A DNA stretch of 64,000 nt, from IMG/VR virus record IMGVR_UViG_3300031951_000037, positions 32,001-96,000 of that record; one strand, written 5' to 3'. This DNA is from a virus. The notes under the pieces were generated by a model. The model was not told the origin of the DNA and searched no databases. It was given only the letters and a program-made list of their open reading frames with translations. A program made the translations under genes and the position numbers. Positions 47,107 to 56,600 of this stretch are shown here, one piece after another; the first letter of the stretch is position 1, and each line of letters begins with the position of its first letter.

Positions 47107-48504
47107 ATGTCATTTAACGATTACCAGCGTCATTTAGAAAATACAAAGACCGAATTGGATTCGGTTAGTGGTTCATTCTGTGCCGCTAAGTGGAAGCAAG
47201 TGACCATGCACTTACAGAATGGCCACACGCATAGCTGTCACCACCCCAAAACACACCACGTACCGGTTGAAGAAATTAAAAGAAATCCAACTGCATTGCA
47301 TAACAGCGAATATAAAAAGCAGCAGAGAAAATTGATGCTTGAAGGTGAACGCCCTTCTGAGTGTGACTATTGCTGGAGAGTAGAAGATCAGGGAGATAGC
47401 TTTAGTGACCGAGTGTACAAGAGTGCAGACAACTGGGCCAAACCTTTTATTCAAGATATCGCTAGCAAGCCATGGGATGACAACGTTGATCCTAGCTACG
47501 TAGAAGTTAGCTTTGGTAATGTGTGCAACTTCAAGTGCAGTTATTGTGCGCCACATATCAGCAGTCAGTGGATGGAAGAAATTGAAAGACACGGTCCCTA
47601 TCCTACCAGCGATAACTTTAACAATCTAGATTGGCTAAAGAGTCAGAACATGATTCCGATTCCCAATAGAGAAGAAAACCCATACGTTGACGCTTTTTGG
47701 GAATGGTGGCCAAGAATGTATAATAGTTTGCAGCACTTTAGAATTACGGGCGGCGAACCACTATTAAACAAAAACACTTTCAAGGTATTGGACTATATTA
47801 TTGATAATCCTAATCCTAACCTAGAAGTAAGTATCAATACTAATATGAATGCACCTGACGATATTCTTGACAAGTTTTTAGAGAAGGTCAAGATCATTCA
47901 TGGTGAAAATAAATTAAAGAACTTTAAGTTGTTTACAAGTGCCGAAGCTCATGGTAGACAGAGTGAGTATATCAGATTTGGAATGAATTATGATAAATGG
48001 TTAGGCAACATTCATAAAACTTACAAAGAAGTTCCGGGTATTCAGTTCACCATTATGAGCACCTACAACTTCCTAAGTATGACTTCATATATTCCATTCT
48101 TGAAAGATGTGCTAGATATTAAGTTAGAGTATCATCGTTGGGACGATCACAGAACCCCGATGTTACTTGACATTCCATATCTAAGATTCCCCAATCATCA
48201 GGCAATATTCATTATGGAACCAGAGCAGCTACAAATGATCTATGATCAGGTTACATTCATGTACCAAAATCTTGAATACAAGAACTGGTATGGTAGTGCT
48301 AACCGTGGGTTCTTTGAACATGAGGCTGACAAATTGAAAAGAATCTACAATATCGCTAAAGACAATGTTGTAACGGAAGTCACCGAAAATAATCGCAGAA
48401 ACTTTGTAAAGTTTGTTGATGAGCATGACAAGCGCCGAGGCACGAACTTCTTAGCGACATTCCCTGAGTACGGGGAAGTTTACTATAAGTGGAAGAATAT
48501 GTAA
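47107..48504 (+). CDS. Radical SAM protein with an N-terminal Cys/His-rich (twitch/SPASM-like) region
   Basis: CNFKCSYC at 47524-47547, ITGGEPLL, SINTN; N-terminal C...SCHH...CDYCW. Confidence 0.9.
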   Translation: MSFNDYQRHLENTKTELDSVSGSFCAAKWKQVTMHLQNGHTHSCHHPKTHHVPVEEIKRNPTALHNSEYKKQQRKLMLEGERPSECDYCWRVEDQGDSFSDRVYKSADNWAKPFIQDIASKPWDDNVDPSYVEVSFGNVCNFKCSYCAPHISSQWMEEIERHGPYPTSDNFNNLDWLKSQNMIPIPNREENPYVDAFWEWWPRMYNSLQHFRITGGEPLLNKNTFKVLDYIIDNPNPNLEVSINTNMNAPDDILDKFLEKVKIIHGENKLKNFKLFTSAEAHGRQSEYIRFGMNYDKWLGNIHKTYKEVPGIQFTIMSTYNFLSMTSYIPFLKDVLDIKLEYHRWDDHRTPMLLDIPYLRFPNHQAIFIMEPEQLQMIYDQVTFMYQNLEYKNWYGSANRGFFEHEADKLKRIYNIAKDNVVTEVTENNRRNFVKFVDEHDKRRGTNFLATFPEYGEVYYKWKNM

Positions 48505-49283
48505 TGCGTGTAGCACTATGCATAAGTGGTCAGCCAAGAACATGGAAAAACTCATATTATACATGGGTTGAACACTTATTGCCCGGTGTAGAAAAAGATA
48601 TTTTCTTCCATTTATGGGATTATAACACATTGCCGGGAATAGTAGTACAGTCAGGAGTATCTAAACTTGAGGATGTTCCTATTTCAGAAGAAGAAAAACA
48701 AGAAATACTAGATACGTATCAACCTAAGAAATATAAGTTTGATAGTAGAAATGTTAATCCGGTTGAACGTGACAAAGATCCTAGTATACTGTCTGATTAT
48801 GTGAAATATCCATTAGGTTGGTGGTGTAGAAGTCAGTATCATAGCTTATACTATGCTGCCAATCTAAAAAGACAATACGAACTTGAAAACAATTTTGAAT
48901 ACGATGTTGTGTTTAGAATGAGAACTGATCTATATTTTATGGAAAACTTAAACATGCCCGCTACAATTCGTCCTAACGAGTTCTACAGCAAAAGCAACGG
49001 CTACATGGATAACGTTGAAGCCTTTATGATAGGTGATACATTTTATTTTGCTGATAGTTTTACATACGACCAAGCGGCAGAGTTCATCTATGGATTAAAC
49101 TTCATTGATGCTAGACACGTTGCACCCGCACACATATTATGTCCTCCACCTGAGGTTGGGTTATATCCCTTTTTGTGTGCTAGTGGAATAAAAAATGTCA
49201 GTTGCCCGCAAAACATAAAGATATTACGAAATCAAGAATATCTTGACATAAGAGGAAGGTTAGCACACTATGAAGTCGTATAA
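48504..49283 (+). CDS. Glycosyltransferase-like protein, paralogue 1 of 3
   Basis: MRVALCISGQPR...DIFFHLWD...YDVVFRMRTDL...IGDTFYFA; TAATG overlap with the radical SAM gene. Confidence 0.5.
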   Translation: MRVALCISGQPRTWKNSYYTWVEHLLPGVEKDIFFHLWDYNTLPGIVVQSGVSKLEDVPISEEEKQEILDTYQPKKYKFDSRNVNPVERDKDPSILSDYVKYPLGWWCRSQYHSLYYAANLKRQYELENNFEYDVVFRMRTDLYFMENLNMPATIRPNEFYSKSNGYMDNVEAFMIGDTFYFADSFTYDQAAEFIYGLNFIDARHVAPAHILCPPPEVGLYPFLCASGIKNVSCPQNIKILRNQEYLDIRGRLAHYEVV

Positions 49284-50139
49284 GATAGCAGTCTGTTTGA
49301 GCGGCGAGGCGCGCACTTGGGAGCATTGTGCAACCAACATACTAGAATTCTACAAAAGCGATGTTCACGAAGTAAAGTTTTTTGGACATACCTGGACTGA
49401 AAGCGACTATAGAAAAGAGCATGAATACTATGGTGTGGAAAGATACGAACGCTACGATAATACAGTGCTAAATCTCAAAATGCGAAACAAAATTAATTAT
49501 CAAAAACTAGTAGTGGATAATAAATCGGTAGTCAACGACACACCTGAACCAAGCGTTATAAGTTTTGATGAATGTACATATGGTCTCAAACGAGCAGCAA
49601 ACTTAGTCAAGCCTACAGTGTATGTGCATATGAGCTACAGTATCATGAAAGCTAACTGGCTTAAAACAATGTACGAAATAGAAAACGATATGCGTTTTGA
49701 TTTAGTAGTTAGAGCAAGACATGACACATACTATATGCCCGGTACAACGTTTGACAGTTATATACCTAATAATATAGAGCCAACTGTAATACATGGTGCC
49801 ATCAACACCTTTCCAATGGAATATTGGCAAAACCACTTTAATGACGTATTATTCTTTGGATCAAGTAGAGTGATGAATACTGTATGTGATTTTTACAGAT
49901 ACTATAGTACGGGAAAGTTTTGGGAACTATTAGATACACACTGGAACGACCCTTATGTAAAAATCTGCGGGTATAATGTTAGTTTGTATAAATGGTTAGC
50001 AATGAAAAACATAAGGGTAAAAGAAACTCCCCTCTTGTTTAATACTGCTGTGTTTAGAAAAAAAGCAGCAGACGAACTATATAGATTGCCTCAAGATGCG
50101 GAAGCAATTTTAGATGTTGAAAGAGGGTTGTTCCGATGA
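49270..50139 (+). CDS. Glycosyltransferase-like protein, paralogue 2 of 3
   Basis: KIAVCLSGEAR...FFGHTW...FDLVVRARHD...FNDVLFFG. Confidence 0.5.
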   Translation: MKSYKIAVCLSGEARTWEHCATNILEFYKSDVHEVKFFGHTWTESDYRKEHEYYGVERYERYDNTVLNLKMRNKINYQKLVVDNKSVVNDTPEPSVISFDECTYGLKRAANLVKPTVYVHMSYSIMKANWLKTMYEIENDMRFDLVVRARHDTYYMPGTTFDSYIPNNIEPTVIHGAINTFPMEYWQNHFNDVLFFGSSRVMNTVCDFYRYYSTGKFWELLDTHWNDPYVKICGYNVSLYKWLAMKNIRVKETPLLFNTAVFRKKAADELYRLPQDAEAILDVERGLFR

Positions 50140-50957
50140 GAATTGCAGTATGCTTTAGTGGGGTTATAAGAACAGGAGTGTTATGTGTTGATAACATAAA
50201 ACGTTTCTTAGGAGACATGCTACCAAACTGCGATTTTTTCCTACACACATGGGATTACGAAACTAATAAGCCTTTTGCTAGAACGCACTGGAACGATATT
50301 CCATTTATTCAGCGACTTGACGAACCGTTACGTCAAGAAAAACTACAAAAATTCATTGAAGCATACAATCCAATAAAGTTTAAGGTAGATAGTTATTCAG
50401 AGTTTATGAATAGCGTTACTAATAAACAGTTTCCTATAGTGTGGCATACGCTGTCTAGAAGCTTTGAGCTTAAAAGACAACATGAACTGGAAAACAATTT
50501 TACGTATGATGTAGTAATAAAGATTCGCCCAGACGTTATATTTCCCGATTACAAGAGTCTGCGAAAAGCATTAGCTAGAATAGATATATCTAAACCGGTT
50601 ATTTACAGTGATCCGCATATAGCTCATAGGTTAGATGATGTATTTTGGATCACAAATAGCCAGGTCGCTGATACAATGATTAGATTAGTAGCGGAACCTA
50701 GGATGCCACCAGATAACTTTAATACAGCAGTGGTTGAGTTCATACGAAATAATGGAATATCTCATTTACCGATTGCGGGCATTGATCAGATTTGCTATAC
50801 TATATACAGATATGAATCGTACATGCTTGACCCTATGACAAATTTCCGTGAATGCTATATGAACGATCTTATACATTACAGTTCTGTACCTGCCGAAGAA
50901 ATACAAGGAGTGTTTCGTTACAACGATAAAAATAACTTATATAGGACAGTGAAATGA
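50136..50957 (+). CDS. Glycosyltransferase-like protein, paralogue 3 of 3
   Basis: MRIAVCFSGVIR...DFFLHTWD...YDVVIKIRPD...LDDVFWIT. Confidence 0.5.
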   Translation: MRIAVCFSGVIRTGVLCVDNIKRFLGDMLPNCDFFLHTWDYETNKPFARTHWNDIPFIQRLDEPLRQEKLQKFIEAYNPIKFKVDSYSEFMNSVTNKQFPIVWHTLSRSFELKRQHELENNFTYDVVIKIRPDVIFPDYKSLRKALARIDISKPVIYSDPHIAHRLDDVFWITNSQVADTMIRLVAEPRMPPDNFNTAVVEFIRNNGISHLPIAGIDQICYTIYRYESYMLDPMTNFRECYMNDLIHYSSVPAEEIQGVFRYNDKNNLYRTVK

Positions 50958-51748
50958 TTGATTTCCTATACGCAAATGGATGTAGCTGGACAGCCGGCAA
51001 CGGCATTCAAGATGACCCAAGTTTATCCGATTTGGAACCTGTTGAGAGATGGAGTCATCTCGTACCAAACGCATGGCCTAGTGTAGTCGCAGAAAAATTG
51101 GGCGTTGAACATATCAACGAAGCTCAGGGCGCCGGCAGCAATGCACGTATGGTTAGAACCACGTGCGATTTCTTACGGAACTATCCAAAGGAAAAATATA
51201 GTTCATTGGTAGTAATGTTGGGCTGGACTACGGTTGACAGAAATGAAGTATATTTACGTGAAGACGAAAAAGAAGGATGGTGCATGTTTAATGCTACACA
51301 GCCGGTTAGTTCACACGGTGTACCCTTCAGACCAGACTTTAGTAAGGACTATTTGCGAATCATTGATGAGTGGCAAAAAGACTATATCTTAAATGTGTAC
51401 TCAAATCATAATAACTATGTTAAGTTTCTGCAAGAAATGTATCTTATGAGCAATCTACTAGAAAACTTGGGCATAAGGTATTTGTTCTTTAGCAGCTTGC
51501 CATGGAGAACTGCATGGATGCCAAATCATGATAGTTTTGATATATCAGAAAGATTTGCTCAAGAAATTGCAGCAGTACAAAAGCCCTGCATTTTGAATAC
51601 CCGAGATTCAGATGAATCATTAAATGTAATGAGTATTTTTTGCAATATTAATCAAATCCCAATGGCTACCGATTGCCACACTATGATAGAAGGACACAGA
51701 AGATGGGGCGAACATCTATATCAGGAGTTTACTAATATTTATGGATAA
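50954..51748 (+). CDS. SGNH/GDSL-family hydrolase or acyltransferase, 1 of 3
   Basis: Block I YANGCSWTAG, block II AQGAGSN, C-terminal DCH....GH. Confidence 0.75.
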   Translation: MIDFLYANGCSWTAGNGIQDDPSLSDLEPVERWSHLVPNAWPSVVAEKLGVEHINEAQGAGSNARMVRTTCDFLRNYPKEKYSSLVVMLGWTTVDRNEVYLREDEKEGWCMFNATQPVSSHGVPFRPDFSKDYLRIIDEWQKDYILNVYSNHNNYVKFLQEMYLMSNLLENLGIRYLFFSSLPWRTAWMPNHDSFDISERFAQEIAAVQKPCILNTRDSDESLNVMSIFCNINQIPMATDCHTMIEGHRRWGEHLYQEFTNIYG

Positions 51749-52538
51749 GAAAAAAATTGTAGTATGCGGAGATAGCTTTAACGTCGGCATCGGCCTTGTT
51801 GATATGGAAAAGCAGCGATATGGCCAGCTCGTCGCAGATGAATTGGGGCATGAATTAGTAATGCTGGCTAGAGGTAGTGCCTCAAACTATGCAGTGTTTC
51901 TTCAAGGCATGTATGCTAGTGAAATGACGCCCAAACCAAACTGTGTCATTATATGCGTAACAAGTTATGATAGAATTGAGTGGCTAGAAGATGAATTTGA
52001 AGATCATGTAACTCTTGATCTTTCTCATTTGAACTATCACTTATACCCGCCTCATCATCATCCTCAACCACATCATGATGGTCCATTGGATTTTTATTTT
52101 AAGGATAAGGTTGGGTATAATCCAAAACTATTGACTGAACAAGTTGGTGCAATTCCAGATTATCTAAGTTTATTAGATAAGAAGAATCCGGCTGGCTATT
52201 ATCAGAGATTGCATTCACAATCTCCTGAAAAATTAAAAATGTTGATGGAACATTATTTGACTGTTTGGTCTAACAATTCTATCAAACCTGATTACGATAG
52301 GGGACTGATACTGAGTGCCTACACTAAGATTACAAACAGTGGTATAAACTGTTTGGTTCTTTCAAGTGATCGCAAGTTTGATACCTTAATACCTAAGAAG
52401 GATTTGATTTACCACAATTGGGGACAATTGACAATGTTATATCCCGACACTATAGGTAGTCATCACGCAGATTATCCAGCACATGAAATTACTGCAAAAA
52501 TGATAATTGAAAGAATGCTAGAAAATGGATACAACTGA
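51741..52538 (+). CDS. SGNH/GDSL-family hydrolase or acyltransferase, 2 of 3
   Basis: VVCGDSFNVG, ARGSASN, C-terminal SHH....AH. Confidence 0.7.
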   Translation: MDKKKIVVCGDSFNVGIGLVDMEKQRYGQLVADELGHELVMLARGSASNYAVFLQGMYASEMTPKPNCVIICVTSYDRIEWLEDEFEDHVTLDLSHLNYHLYPPHHHPQPHHDGPLDFYFKDKVGYNPKLLTEQVGAIPDYLSLLDKKNPAGYYQRLHSQSPEKLKMLMEHYLTVWSNNSIKPDYDRGLILSAYTKITNSGINCLVLSSDRKFDTLIPKKDLIYHNWGQLTMLYPDTIGSHHADYPAHEITAKMIIERMLENGYN

Positions 52539-53430
52539 TGAGTTGATCTTGATAGCGAACGGCGATAGCTGGACCTATGGATGTGAAATAGTGGATCCTA
52601 TCCTGCTGGAAAAATATCCAAAGATCACTCATTTGACTGAGATAGACTATCTTCCTGAAAATGATAGTTATAGACTCTCTAGAGTATGGTCAACTAAGCT
52701 AGCAGAGTTATTAAAATGCAAGGTGATGAACATATCTGAGCCGGGCGATGACAACACTAGCATACTGTCTAGGACGCAAGAGTATGTCCTGCATTTACTG
52801 AGTCAGGGCGTAAAGCCCGAACAACTGTTTATCGTTATCGGTTGGACAAGTCCAGAACGCAGAGACTTTTGGTACAAGAGTGATGACAACACTCAAAGCT
52901 ATAAGTTTAAGCTTAACCCCCACACGCCAAAATATAATGAGCGTCCATTAACGGAGCTTACTAGGACATATGCATTGAACTTTTGGAATCCAGAAGAATA
53001 TATTGTTAGGTATGTCACTACCGTGTTGAACTTCCAAAACTTTTGTGTAGCGCATGGAATTAAGTTTTTAAGCTTTAATGCTTTCTATAGACAAAAAAAC
53101 GCGGACATTGGTACATGGCAAGATATCAATATTGAAGAACAACTTAACTCGTTGTCATTGGGAAACATCCCTATTTCAGATAATAGTACTCGTGAAGTCC
53201 ATCGTATAAATTACAATACAGTGTGGCAAAATATAGATAGTACCAGATACTATAATAAAGACAACGTGAATAATTCATTTAAGACATTTGTGGATAATAC
53301 GCTTGGGCCACAAGGATATACTGGATGGCACCCAAATGAAGATGGCCATAATTTATGGGCCACTCAACTATTTCGGTATATACAAGAACATAAGCTACTA
53401 AATATTGGATATGACTATGAACGAACCTAA
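52525..53430 (+). CDS. SGNH/GDSL-family hydrolase or acyltransferase, 3 of 3
   Basis: IANGDSWTYG, SEPGDDN, C-terminal WHPNEDGH. Confidence 0.75.
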   Translation: MDTTDELILIANGDSWTYGCEIVDPILLEKYPKITHLTEIDYLPENDSYRLSRVWSTKLAELLKCKVMNISEPGDDNTSILSRTQEYVLHLLSQGVKPEQLFIVIGWTSPERRDFWYKSDDNTQSYKFKLNPHTPKYNERPLTELTRTYALNFWNPEEYIVRYVTTVLNFQNFCVAHGIKFLSFNAFYRQKNADIGTWQDINIEEQLNSLSLGNIPISDNSTREVHRINYNTVWQNIDSTRYYNKDNVNNSFKTFVDNTLGPQGYTGWHPNEDGHNLWATQLFRYIQEHKLLNIGYDYERT

Positions 53431-53860
53431 AATTGTAACTAAGCACTGGGGCCAAGAAACATGGATAGCTGACGGTGTTAGAACTCCATATGCATTAAAG
53501 CGTATTCTTTTTAAAGCTGGTAACAGAACGAGCTTGCAGGTGCACCAACAAAAGTTTGAAACTAACTATGTACTCTCAGGCACAGGCTTGTTGTATATCA
53601 GCAAAGACAAGTTTGACGTAGAACACTTCTTGAATAATTCAATGACACCAGCAGAAGTGGAAGAATACGAATCAACATTTGATATTGTACAACTTGAACC
53701 AGGCGTCACCTTTGATGTTCAACCTGGGTATGTCCATCGTGTAGTTGCCACTACAGACCTTGAATTCATTGAAGCAAGTACTCCAGAGCTTGATGACGTT
53801 ATAAGACTTCAGGACGATCAGAACAGAACGCATGGCAGAATACAGTATGAGCACCAGTAA
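53411..53860 (+). CDS. Cupin (type II mannose-6-phosphate isomerase-like)
   Basis: KHWGQE...RTSLQVHQQKFETNYVLSG...VHRVVA...EASTPELDDVIRLQDD; start at ATG 53411 or 53417. Confidence 0.85.
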   Translation: MTMNEPKIVTKHWGQETWIADGVRTPYALKRILFKAGNRTSLQVHQQKFETNYVLSGTGLLYISKDKFDVEHFLNNSMTPAEVEEYESTFDIVQLEPGVTFDVQPGYVHRVVATTDLEFIEASTPELDDVIRLQDDQNRTHGRIQYEHQ

Positions 53861-55406
53861 TACAGTAGTTATACCTACTGCTGGATTAGGCTCTAGAATG
53901 GGCAATCTTACTAAGAACCTAAACAAAGCCCTATTGCCCTACAAGAACAAGCCGGTATTGTCACATATCATAGATCAGTTTCCTGATAATACAGACTTTA
54001 TTATTCCTGTTGGACACTTGAGTCAACAGGTTAAAGACTATTGTAATATTGCACATGATGACAGAAATATAACGTTTGTTGAGATTGACGACTATACTTC
54101 TAGTATTAGTGGCACTGCCTATACTTTAAAAAGATGCTTGCATTTATTAAATAAACCGTTTTGGTATATACCCTGCGACACATATTTTAATATTGATCTA
54201 GTATCGTTGATCAATGACACCAGTAAAAACTATTATTTCACTAAGCAGGTAGATGAAGAATTAACCAATCTTTATACGATGTTCAAGACCGACGACATGG
54301 TTATCACTGACATGTTGTTTAAAGAACAATGCTCAACTGATTACGCAGCCTTTACCGGCGTCATGTATCTTGGTGATTATACAAGCTTTAATTCACGGCT
54401 ACGTGAGCTAGCAAGCAATGAAGTTATTTTTGCAATAGCCAGTGGTGAATCTACGATTGATCTAGCTAGCTGGATTGACTTCGGTAACATTGAAAGCTAT
54501 ACCGACGCAGTAAATGCTAGTCAAAAGTTTGACTTTAGTAAAGAAGATGAAATCACTTATGTCACTGAATCTAAGGTTGTCAAGTGGTGGGTAGATAAGT
54601 CTGTTACTGAAAACAAGTATAAGCGTACAGTAAATCATACTGAGATATATCCAAACAACTGTAAAATAGTTGGCAACTTTTTAGCATACGACTTATATCC
54701 TGGGAAAACATTGTACCAGCACAACAACGTTGAACACTTTAGTAGTTTACTAACATGGCTGGATACTAATGTTTGGCAGTATACGAACACAGATATAAAA
54801 GATAACTGCATTGATTTCTACAAGAATAAGACTATCCATAGAATTGACAAGTATCTTAGTAAGTATGTTGAACAAGAAAATGTCACAAGCGTAAATGGTA
54901 TTGATGTAAAAGATTATACATACTATCTAAACAACATAGACTATTCTTATTTGTCAGAGACAGTTCAAGCTTCGTATGTTCACGGCGACTTACAGTTTGA
55001 TAATATTATTTTAGGTGAAGACTATAGATTAATTGACTGGCGTCCTGACTTTGCGGGTAACACAGTAACCGGTGACATTTACTATGATTTGGCTAAGTTA
55101 GCTGGTGGATTCATTATTAACTATAGTAAGATCAAAGAGAACAACTTCAAGATTGACATTGTTGATAATAATGTTACATTGGAAATACCTTATATAGATA
55201 ACCATGAACAGTATTTTGACATATTGAAAAAGTTCGTAGACGAGAAAGAACTAGAGTGGAAGAAGGTAGAACTATTGATTCCTGTAATCTTTTGGAACAT
55301 GTCTCCACTACACACTAGTCCCTTTGATAAGTTTCTTTGGTACCTAGGTATTAAATTGTTCCAGGAGTATGAATCTAAATACTCTAATCATGAAGCAGTT
55401 CTATAG
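53847..55406 (+). CDS. Nucleotidyltransferase fused to an APH/choline-kinase-like phosphotransferase
   Basis: N-terminal IPTAGLGSRM...KALLPYKNKP, PCD; C-terminal HGDLQFDNI...LIDWR...GDIYYDLAKL. Confidence 0.85.
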   Translation: MSTSNTVVIPTAGLGSRMGNLTKNLNKALLPYKNKPVLSHIIDQFPDNTDFIIPVGHLSQQVKDYCNIAHDDRNITFVEIDDYTSSISGTAYTLKRCLHLLNKPFWYIPCDTYFNIDLVSLINDTSKNYYFTKQVDEELTNLYTMFKTDDMVITDMLFKEQCSTDYAAFTGVMYLGDYTSFNSRLRELASNEVIFAIASGESTIDLASWIDFGNIESYTDAVNASQKFDFSKEDEITYVTESKVVKWWVDKSVTENKYKRTVNHTEIYPNNCKIVGNFLAYDLYPGKTLYQHNNVEHFSSLLTWLDTNVWQYTNTDIKDNCIDFYKNKTIHRIDKYLSKYVEQENVTSVNGIDVKDYTYYLNNIDYSYLSETVQASYVHGDLQFDNIILGEDYRLIDWRPDFAGNTVTGDIYYDLAKLAGGFIINYSKIKENNFKIDIVDNNVTLEIPYIDNHEQYFDILKKFVDEKELEWKKVELLIPVIFWNMSPLHTSPFDKFLWYLGIKLFQEYESKYSNHEAVL

Positions 55407-56118
55407 CTTAAGTCAGTATCCTGGTAAAACTGGAACATACTACTACAATCTGTTCTTTAATAAGTTTGGTATTGACGCAACTTATACAGCATTGGGTTGC
55501 CAGCCACATGAATTCAATGACACGTTTAACCGCCTAGTCAACGATACTGATACGTGTGGCATCAGTGTGAGTATGCCATATAAAAACACAGTAACCCATC
55601 TGTGTAACGAATTAGACAAACAAGCTCACCTATATAATAGTTGCAATACAGTTACGGTAAACAATGGACATACCGTAGGATATAACTGCGACATATATGG
55701 ATTGTTGGGTATCATTTCTGAGATATCAGTTGACGATAAGATATCAATATTAGGCGATGGGTCTATGGGACAAATGTTCTATCGTTACCTAAACGACAAT
55801 AAATATTTTGATGTTACCGTGTATAGCAGAAAAAACAACAATTGGCATGACAGGCATGAACCAGCGAACGTCATAATAAATTGCACTAGCTTGGGCACGA
55901 GCGAACTTGTTTCTCCATTAATGTTGATTCCTGCAGGAACCTCGTGTATAATTGACTTAGCGTTAAACAAGTCCGTTTTATACGAGCAATGCTTAGCAAG
56001 CCATGTGAAGTACATAACTGGTACGAACTTTTACGCACATCAATTTGTAAAGCAGTTTGAAATATACACTGGTATAAAAATTACAGTTGAACAGTTTAAC
56101 GAAGTGGCAATTAAATGA
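55390..56118 (+). CDS. Shikimate dehydrogenase-like (AroE fold) oxidoreductase
   Basis: SVSMPYK, CNTV, GYNCD..G, ILGDGSMG, INCTSLG, HQFVKQFEIYTG. Confidence 0.8.
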   Translation: MKQFYSLSQYPGKTGTYYYNLFFNKFGIDATYTALGCQPHEFNDTFNRLVNDTDTCGISVSMPYKNTVTHLCNELDKQAHLYNSCNTVTVNNGHTVGYNCDIYGLLGIISEISVDDKISILGDGSMGQMFYRYLNDNKYFDVTVYSRKNNNWHDRHEPANVIINCTSLGTSELVSPLMLIPAGTSCIIDLALNKSVLYEQCLASHVKYITGTNFYAHQFVKQFEIYTGIKITVEQFNEVAIK

Positions 56119-56600
56119 TTATAAACAAACTTGTTATTGATATTGATGGTGTGTTGACAACCGGGCATGTACTATACAATATAGAAGGCAAAACCTTCAA
56201 GATTTTTGGGCCACACGATAAGGATGGTCTTAAACTAGTAACTAAGTATATCAGTGATATTACTTTTATCACTGCGGACAAGACTGGCTTTGATATCACT
56301 TACGCAAGAATCGTCAAAGATTGGAAGTTTCGTGATGATCAGTTAGTTTTGGTTCCGGAAGAATCTAGATTTGACTGGTTTGTAAGTAATTGTGATTTCA
56401 ACACAACTGCATATATTGCTGATGGTTACCACGATGCTCCCATATTAGAGCGGGTAGCACTCGGTATTGCCCCCAAAACTGCTAGAATTGAAGCAAGAAA
56501 TAGTGCTAATTATGTCACACCTAGTGATGCTGCAAATGGTGCTGTACTTGACGCATGTTTATATATTGAAAGAGTGATTAATGGACTTGAAACAGTTTAA
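56115..56600 (+). CDS. HAD-family phosphatase, KdsC/YrbI-like
   Basis: DIDGVLTTG, DKDG, ITADK, YIADGYHD...ANGAV. Confidence 0.85.
   Translation: MIINKLVIDIDGVLTTGHVLYNIEGKTFKIFGPHDKDGLKLVTKYISDITFITADKTGFDITYARIVKDWKFRDDQLVLVPEESRFDWFVSNCDFNTTAYIADGYHDAPILERVALGIAPKTARIEARNSANYVTPSDAANGAVLDACLYIERVINGLETV

Noticed and set aside
55390-56118. Shikimate-pathway auxiliary metabolic gene
   Set aside because: The shikimate-binding N-terminal motif is missing, no other aro gene is present, and the context is sugar activation.
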